Assembly (NCBI RefSeq): GCF_006345805.1
Contig: NW_021835219.1
Coordinates: forward strand, 1-41,964
Direction of reading: 5' to 3'
Origin: Octopus sinensis
Taxonomy: Eukaryota
DNA: 41,964 nt
Every line of letters starts with the position of its first letter. The first letter of the stretch is position 1. The notes under the pieces were generated by a model. That model had not been told where the DNA came from. It was given only the letters and a program-made list of their open reading frames with translations, and did no database searches. The translations under genes were made by a program, and so were the position numbers. This document shows positions 35,861 through 41,964 of the stretch, piece by piece.

Positions 35861-36086
35861 TTTTACTCACACGCACACACACAATCGACTAGTGACAAAC
35901 CTATCGGCCAAAGTCAGTGGCCTCTTTCGTGAAACGGATATAACAATACCCCTTTGTTTTAAATAAATACCGTTCGCGGCAAGGCGGGAGAGTGCACGCA
36001 TGGACAACAACTTGTCTTCCTCAAGAAACATTTTGCTCTTGTCTGTGCATGATTGAGCAACAATATGATCAACATTGACCCTATTG

Positions 36087-36122
<36 letters not shown>

Positions 36123-36439
36123 ACACACACATATATAACATAGTGTACATTAAAGCACAAGAGAAACTACCTTTAATAGGTAATTTTACACGCTAGAAGA
36201 AGCAGTCAAAAACGACCGAAAACACATTTAAGAGCAATTTCGAAGGGAATGAAAAATAAGAACTTTTACCTTTTTATTTTTTTATGGTTATACCTAGTTT
36301 TCAAATTTTTTTAGCAAATAAAATAATGTGCCTGGTGAAATTCTCATCAGTAACCGCGCCATAACATTAACATATAATTTAGAGACAAATCACACGTGTC
36401 TGCATTTGCGCGGTGAATTTGAAAAAATTATAACGTATA

Positions 36440-36575
36440 AGCTAGTTATTTGATATCACGCTGATACCAGTTCTCGTTCTTCGAGGTGAAGAATTCCTTC
36501 ACTGAAGCTTCCACCTCCTTTTGATTGAGGAAGCGTCATGAGTGCAGGTTGTGAGCCATGGATCGGAACAATTAA
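36440..36575 (-). mobile_element. Mariner C-terminal fragment
   Basis: LFRSMAHNLHS*RFLNQKEVEASVKEFFTSKNENWYQRDIK. Confidence 0.7.
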
Positions 36576-36639
36576 TAATTCGATGGAGATATTTTTCCGA
36601 AATCCTAACATGCACAATTAATGGCTGAGCAAGGACTAG

Positions 36640-37070
36640 CTTTCGGGACTGGTCGCCAAACATGAGTGTTTCGAGTACACGGTGATGTTCTGAGTTTGAT
36701 GGAATTATGATAGGATCATTGACTACGAGTTCGTTTCCGACACTCGAACCATCAATGCTAATCTGTACTCCGAACAACTGGAGCAGATGTATGCCATTAT
36801 GTGGCAAAAATACTCGGCAGTAGTTAAGAGAAGGGGAGTTGAGGGAATCTAACTGATGCCACACATGTTACGAGCAATAGATCACTTCCTGCACTCGCGA
36901 CGATTCATCAAGTAAGAGGAGATGGAAGCTTCAGTGATGAACTGGTAAGAGGTGGTTTCAGGTGATGCAACATGATGGCCTCCACTTTGAACGCCAAGTT
37001 GCTTTCGTTGTAACTTGACGAGTAACAAAACTAACGAAAATATCGCAAAACATTTGAGTCAATACAATAT
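36640..37070 (+). mobile_element. Internally deleted mariner fragment with right end
   Basis: TINANLYSEQLEQMYAIMWQKYSAVVKRR; DHFLHSRRF; MQHDGLHFE; TIR-like CAAAACATTTGAGTCAATACAATA. Confidence 0.7.
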
Positions 37071-37092
37071 ATTTAGTGAAAAATATCGATCC

Positions 37093-37225
37093 TAGAACTT
37101 ATTCTTTGTAAGCCTAGTACTTATTCTATCAGTCCCTTTCGCTGAACCGTTAAGTTACGGGGACGTTAACACACCAACATCAGTTGTCAAACACAGACAC
37201 ATACATACATACATACATACATACA

Positions 37226-37259
<34 letters not shown>

Positions 37260-37350
37260 ATCATATATACGACGGACTTCTTTCAGTTTCCGTCTACCAA
37301 AGTCACTCATAAGGCATTGTTCCGCCCGAAGTTATAGTAGAAGACACTTT
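37093..37350 (-). mobile_element. Truncated copy of the bipartite SINE
   Basis: High similarity to 35294-35700. Confidence 0.85.
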
Positions 37351-37630
37351 GCGGAAGAAGCCACGCTGAGGACGGGTAGCCACCCAGAAACTCGAGTCCG
37401 TGAGTATCACGTAAAGCTAGAAATGACCTCCCCTCGCAAATACTAATCGGACACTATATGTGTCGTTAGCCAGCTGGAACAGATGTCTTTCTGGGACTAT
37501 AAACGTCAGTATCACTGTCCTGTACAGGATGCTACACTTGGTTGGCAAATATATGTTACGATATAATTATATGTATTGCTATTGTTTACATCTCACTCAC
37601 AGATTTTATATAGCCTATATATATATATGC

Positions 37631-37680
<50 letters not shown>

Positions 37681-37739
37681 ATATGTGTGTGTGTGTGTGT
37701 GTATGTATATATGTATATATATATATAATAATAAATATT

Positions 37740-37975
37740 AGGGAATAAATCCAAACTTACAGGGAAAAATCAGATTTAGGATTTAATCCAATTTTATAGT
37801 AAAATATTATATTATATTAAATTAGAGACAAAACCACTATTAGGCAAATCAAACAATGAAAAACTTAAGCCAATACATAAGATTATTATATTTATATTAT
37901 TTAAATATATGACAAAATTATTAAAAAATATAATTAATATAATTAATAGTGGTTTTGTCTCTAATTTAATATAAT
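37740..37975. repeat. AT-rich element in (TA)n with perfect 32-bp inverted repeat (37811-37842 / 37944-37975)
   Basis: 32/32 identical; related copy at 41854-41964. Confidence 0.8.
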
Positions 37976-38014
37976 GTATATATATATATTATATATATAT
38001 ATATATGTATAACA

Positions 38015-38271
38015 GAAAAAGAAAATGGAGATTGGGAAGTTAATAATTATTTATTATTGACAATGTTTCAATTAATACTCAGTAAATATTAAGTAAATAT
38101 TAAATTTATATGGTCTGAGCATAATATCTTCAGAGGGGGAAAATGATTCTCTTTGATGTCTTATATGTGTTTATGGATTCATTATTGTAGAGCGAATGAT
38201 GTAAGGGATGATGACTGATTTCCAGTTAATAATAAACAATTATTAACTTCTCAATCTCCATTTTCTTTTTC
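38015..38271. repeat. Element with 34-bp inverted repeat (38015-38048 / 38238-38271) enclosing an HHR-like motif
   Basis: 33/34 identical arms. Confidence 0.8.
38059..38138 (-). ncRNA. Partial hammerhead motif (canonical core, long stem II, stem I partner absent)
   Basis: CUGAAGA-U-AUUAUGCUCAG...CUGAGUAUUAAU-U-GAA-ACA(U)UGU-C. Confidence 0.55.
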
Positions 38272-38533
38272 CTCTCTTTTATGTGAATATAAACTATATG
38301 TTTTTTTATATATGTATATACACCTATCATTTTAAGGAAATGAATTCCCCTGAAATACTAGGTATTGAACCAGCATTTCTTTGATTGAAAGCATCTCTTC
38401 ATGACGTTAACATAACCTCAAATCGAAGTATATATAGTTAATCCAAACAAGAAAACACAGAAAAAAACACAGCAACGCGAGGACGTGGAACAATTAAAGT
38501 ATTATTTGACGCTCAGGAAAGAAGGGAAGGAGG

Positions 38534-38568
38534 GTTTAATGTTTCAAGCGGAGCTCTTCGTCGGAAAC
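38534..38568 (-). ncRNA. Type I hammerhead motif, core CCGACGA (U4C), in a pLTR-like fragment (about 38445-38600)
   Basis: GUUU-CCGACGA-A-GAGC(UCC)GCUU-GAAA-C-AU-U-AAAC; flanking GACGCTCAGGAAA resembles the 13404 pLTR. Confidence 0.65.
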
Positions 38569-38738
38569 AAAGGAGAAGGAAAGATCCCGAGAAGGGAAGA
38601 CAGAGGAAAAAAATTATTATTTTTTTTTTGCTGGTGGTGCTCAAGAGATCACATGTATATATGTGTATATATATATATGTATATATACGTATATATGTAT
38701 ATATATACATATATACATATATATATACATATATATAT

Positions 38739-39576
38739 ATTTATAAATGAGGGTGAAAAATCGATATTAATTTAATAATACCATTAATTTAACACCGAGT
38801 GGCTTAGCACAAAAAACTAGGGAGAAAATACAAATTTATACATAAATTATTAGAGAGTTACCACCATGTGGATAGCTCTAGTGCTAAAAATAGCTCCGAT
38901 AGTATAGCCACCGAAATGATGTTTCCAACTAGAAATAACATTACATTTAACGGAAGGAAAGTGAAACATAACGAATAAATTGATTGACCCTGAACAATTG
39001 TTTCATTACTAATGTAATTTTACTTACATCTATAAATCATTTTTAGCACTAGAGCTATCCACATAGTAGTAACTCTCTAATAATTTATGTATAAATTTGT
39101 ATTTTCTCCCTAGTTTTTTGTGCTAAGCCACTCGGTGTTAAATTAATGGTATTATTAAATTAATATCGATTTTTCACCCTCATTTATAAATTTATAAATT
39201 TAATTAAGCGGCAGTAAATATTTTATTTGATGCAGCATACGTTTCCAACGAGTCCTAGCATGCCTTTCGCGGGGAATTTTGAGGCATAACTAAAAATGCA
39301 ATTGGTTAAACCGCACGTGTATTTTGACGCTCGTGTTGGTCTAATAAATTGTATTTAAGACAAACCTCTGCTGATGATTTATAGATGTAAGTAAAATTAC
39401 ATTAGTAATGAAACAATGGTTCAGGGTCAATCAATTTATTCGTTATGTTTCACTTTCCTTCAGTTAAATGTAATGTTATTTCTAGTTGGAAACATCATTT
39501 CTGTGGCTATACTATCGGAGCTATTTTTAGCACTAGAGCTATCCACATAGTGGTAACTCTCTAAAAATTTATGTAT
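38739..39576. mobile_element. HHR-containing non-coding repeat: 1.1-mer of a 484-bp unit (39040-39576) plus inverted partial copy (38739-39040)
   Basis: Direct terminal repeat TTTTTAGCACTAG... at 39040 and 39524; inverted matches 38739-38891/39039-39191 and 38838-39040/39374-39576. Confidence 0.85.
39366..39426 (+). ncRNA. Complete type I hammerhead motif, canonical CUGAUGA/GAAA core, predicted cleavage after 39421 (GUU)
   Basis: Stem I CUCUG/CAGGG; 13-position stem II closed by AUGUAA/UUACAU; stem III AC/GU (palindromic ACAAUUGU in the sister copy near 38990). Confidence 0.8.
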
Positions 39577-39698
39577 GTATATATATATATATATATCAGA
39601 GAGAACAAAGTGTACGTACACCGCTACACACACACACACATACACACAACACACACACACACACACACACATTTATATATATATATATATATAGTACG

Positions 39699-39994
39699 AA
39701 ATGGGACAAGATCGCAAAACATCCGGATAACTATGTGATTCAAAAAGGGACAACAAAACATCCAGATAGACGATGCAAAAAAACAAGGACAGGTCATTCG
39801 ATGCTTTCTATCCTCAGTCAAGAATCGGATCCTCAAGATTAATCAGTTGAAATTGCGAGGATGATCCGGTTCTTGACTGAAGATAAAAAGCTTTGAATGA
39901 CCCGTCCTTGTTTTTTGTTATCGTCTATCTGGATGTTTTGTTGTCCCTTTTTGTATCACCTAGTTGTCCGGATGTTTTGCGTCCTTGTCCCATT

Positions 39995-39995
<1 letters not shown>
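39699..39995. repeat. Inverted repeat, about 136-bp arms, within (TA)n
   Basis: Arms about 39699-39834 / 39857-39995; diverged but clearly complementary. Confidence 0.85.
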
Positions 39996-40035
<40 letters not shown>

Positions 40036-40042
40036 TAAAGGG

Positions 40043-40083
<41 letters not shown>

Positions 40084-40091
40084 CTGATTTA

Positions 40092-40285
40092 TTCTTTTAC
40101 TTCAGCTATTTGGCTCCAGCCATGTTGGAGCACAGCATTTAGTCGAACAAATCGACCTCAGGACTTATTCTTTGTAAGCCTAGTACTTATTCTATCGGTC
40201 TCTATTGCCGAACCACTAAGTTACGGAGAGGTAAACACACCAGCATCGGTTGTTAAGCGATGGTAGCGGCGACAAACACAGACGC
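40092..40285 (-). mobile_element. 3' half of the bipartite SINE
   Basis: Similar to 35294-35490. Confidence 0.85.
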
Positions 40286-40409
40286 ACAAATGCATGCATA
40301 CATACATACATACATACATACATACATACATGCATGCATATATATGTATATATATTTGCATGTATACAAGCATATATATGCAATTCTGTATACACACACA
40401 GACACACAG

Positions 40410-40445
<36 letters not shown>

Positions 40446-40479
40446 GTATATATACATATATGTGTGTGTCTGTGTTTGT

Positions 40480-40678
40480 GTGACTGTGTTTGTCCCCCTA
40501 GCATTGCTTGACAACCGATGCTGGTGTGTTTACGTCCCCGTCACTTAGCGGTTCGGCAAAAGAGACCGATAGAATAAGTACTGGGCTTACAAAGAATAAG
40601 TCCCGGGGTCGATTTGCTCGACTGAAGGCGGTGCTCCAGCATGGCCGCAGTCAAATGACTGAAACGAGTAAAAGAGTA
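40480..40678 (+). mobile_element. 3' half of the bipartite SINE, opposite orientation
   Basis: TTGACAACCGATGCTGGTGTGTTTACGTCCCC...GACTGAAACGAGTAAAAGA. Confidence 0.85.
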
Positions 40679-40773
40679 TATATATATATATATTTACAAT
40701 CACATAAACGTACGTTGCTTAATAGTGCGCGAATGAGAAATGAGAACTCGATACATGTACGTATATATATATA

Positions 40774-40820
<47 letters not shown>

Positions 40821-41181
40821 TATTATATATATATACACACATATATAGTGATACCAATGGTGGTGGTGAGCTACTAGTATTTCTTGTATAATTGGTGGAA
40901 ATAGTAGATTTGATTGGGGAGGGTATGGTAGTGGCGGTGATTGTGGTGGTAATTGTGTTGGCTTTACAATGAAGTATTAAACAAGGAAAAAGATTCATTT
41001 AAGTTTCCTCATTAATGACCATCAGAATTAATTCATATTATTGCATATACAAAATCTGTGTGTGTGTGTGTGTGTGTTTGTGTGTGTGTATGTGTGTGTG
41101 TGCGTTTGCATAGTGTATATGTGTGTATGCTTGAGTGTGTATATGTGTGAGTGTTGATATGGACAGATAAAAGTTTGTGCT

Positions 41182-41362
<181 letters not shown>

Positions 41363-41484
41363 ATAAAAATATAAAATAATTAAGGTGGCGAGTCGCCACC
41401 TAAACCCATATCTAACTCTTAATTCTAGCAATGCCGGTGGTCACTGCACATTTGGTCACATTTTGTGACGGGGAATTATATACC

Positions 41485-41515
<31 letters not shown>

Positions 41516-41853
41516 ACATACATATGCGTTGTGTGTGAGTGTGTGTATGCTGTAATATTAGTCCTCAGTTCATTGAGAAATAATGTATGTATATATACAT
41601 ACATACATACATATATATGAATATATATGTGTGTGTATATGTGTGGGCGCGTGTGAGTATGTTGCAGACACATATTTTACATACACATTACACATAGAGA
41701 TAAAGGAGAGAAAAAGCATTAGACACAGATATAGTCCATTGTCTAAGTTTTCAAACATATGCTAATCCTAAATGCATATCTTTAAGCATATATTTATATA
41801 TATATATTATATATATATATATCTATATATATATATATATATATTATAATATT

Positions 41854-41964
41854 ATTAGAGACAAACCACTATTATGCAAATCAAACAAAGAAGGACTTAA
41901 TCCAATACATAAAAATTTTTAATTTATATGAATTTTTTATGCATTGGATTAAGTCTTTCTTTGT
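41854..41964. repeat. Second copy of the 37740 family with fold-back (41885-41915 / 41934-41964), cut by the window end
   Basis: 29/31 identical arms. Confidence 0.75.

Noticed and set aside
36190-36225. HHR-like CTAGAAGA...GACCGAAA
   Set aside because: Insertion in the core and no stem I or III pairing; at best a dead relic.
39790-39905. HHR-like CTGAGGA...TCGAAT in the 39699 arms
   Set aside because: GAAU instead of GAAA and no stem I.

Overview
Eukaryotic (animal) genomic DNA made almost entirely of repeats. The dense (TA)n/(CA)n/(TATG)n/(AAT)n microsatellites and the SINE/LINE families look like an Octopus genome; this is inferred from pattern recognition, not searched. No intact cellular gene, rRNA, true tRNA or CRISPR array is visible; there is one candidate host exon (6612-6796). 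Main contents: (1) a near-full-length Penelope-like element (PLE; RT + GIY-YIG, Neptune-type) on the minus strand, 13404-18075, with direct pseudo-LTRs; (2) degraded RTE, R4/Dong-type (RLE) and L1/Tx1 LINE pieces; (3) a TSD-bounded 1965-bp L1/Tx1-like element encoding only ORF1 (29566-31530), nested in a Helentron/HINE-like MITE; (4) Tc1/mariner and hAT fragments and MITEs; (5) many tRNA-derived SINEs. The most notable signal needed manual folding: at least 8 type I hammerhead-ribozyme (HHR) motifs from several families sit in short non-coding elements embedded in (TA)n tracts. Several carry recurrent core variants (CCGAnGA, CUGUUGA, U.U at the base of stem II). One lies in a 484-nt circularly permuted non-coding monomer resembling a retrozyme. 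Many of these elements form fold-back inverted duplications, two of which break at or near G5/A6 of the HHR catalytic core. All family names and structures come from manual inspection and need computational confirmation.
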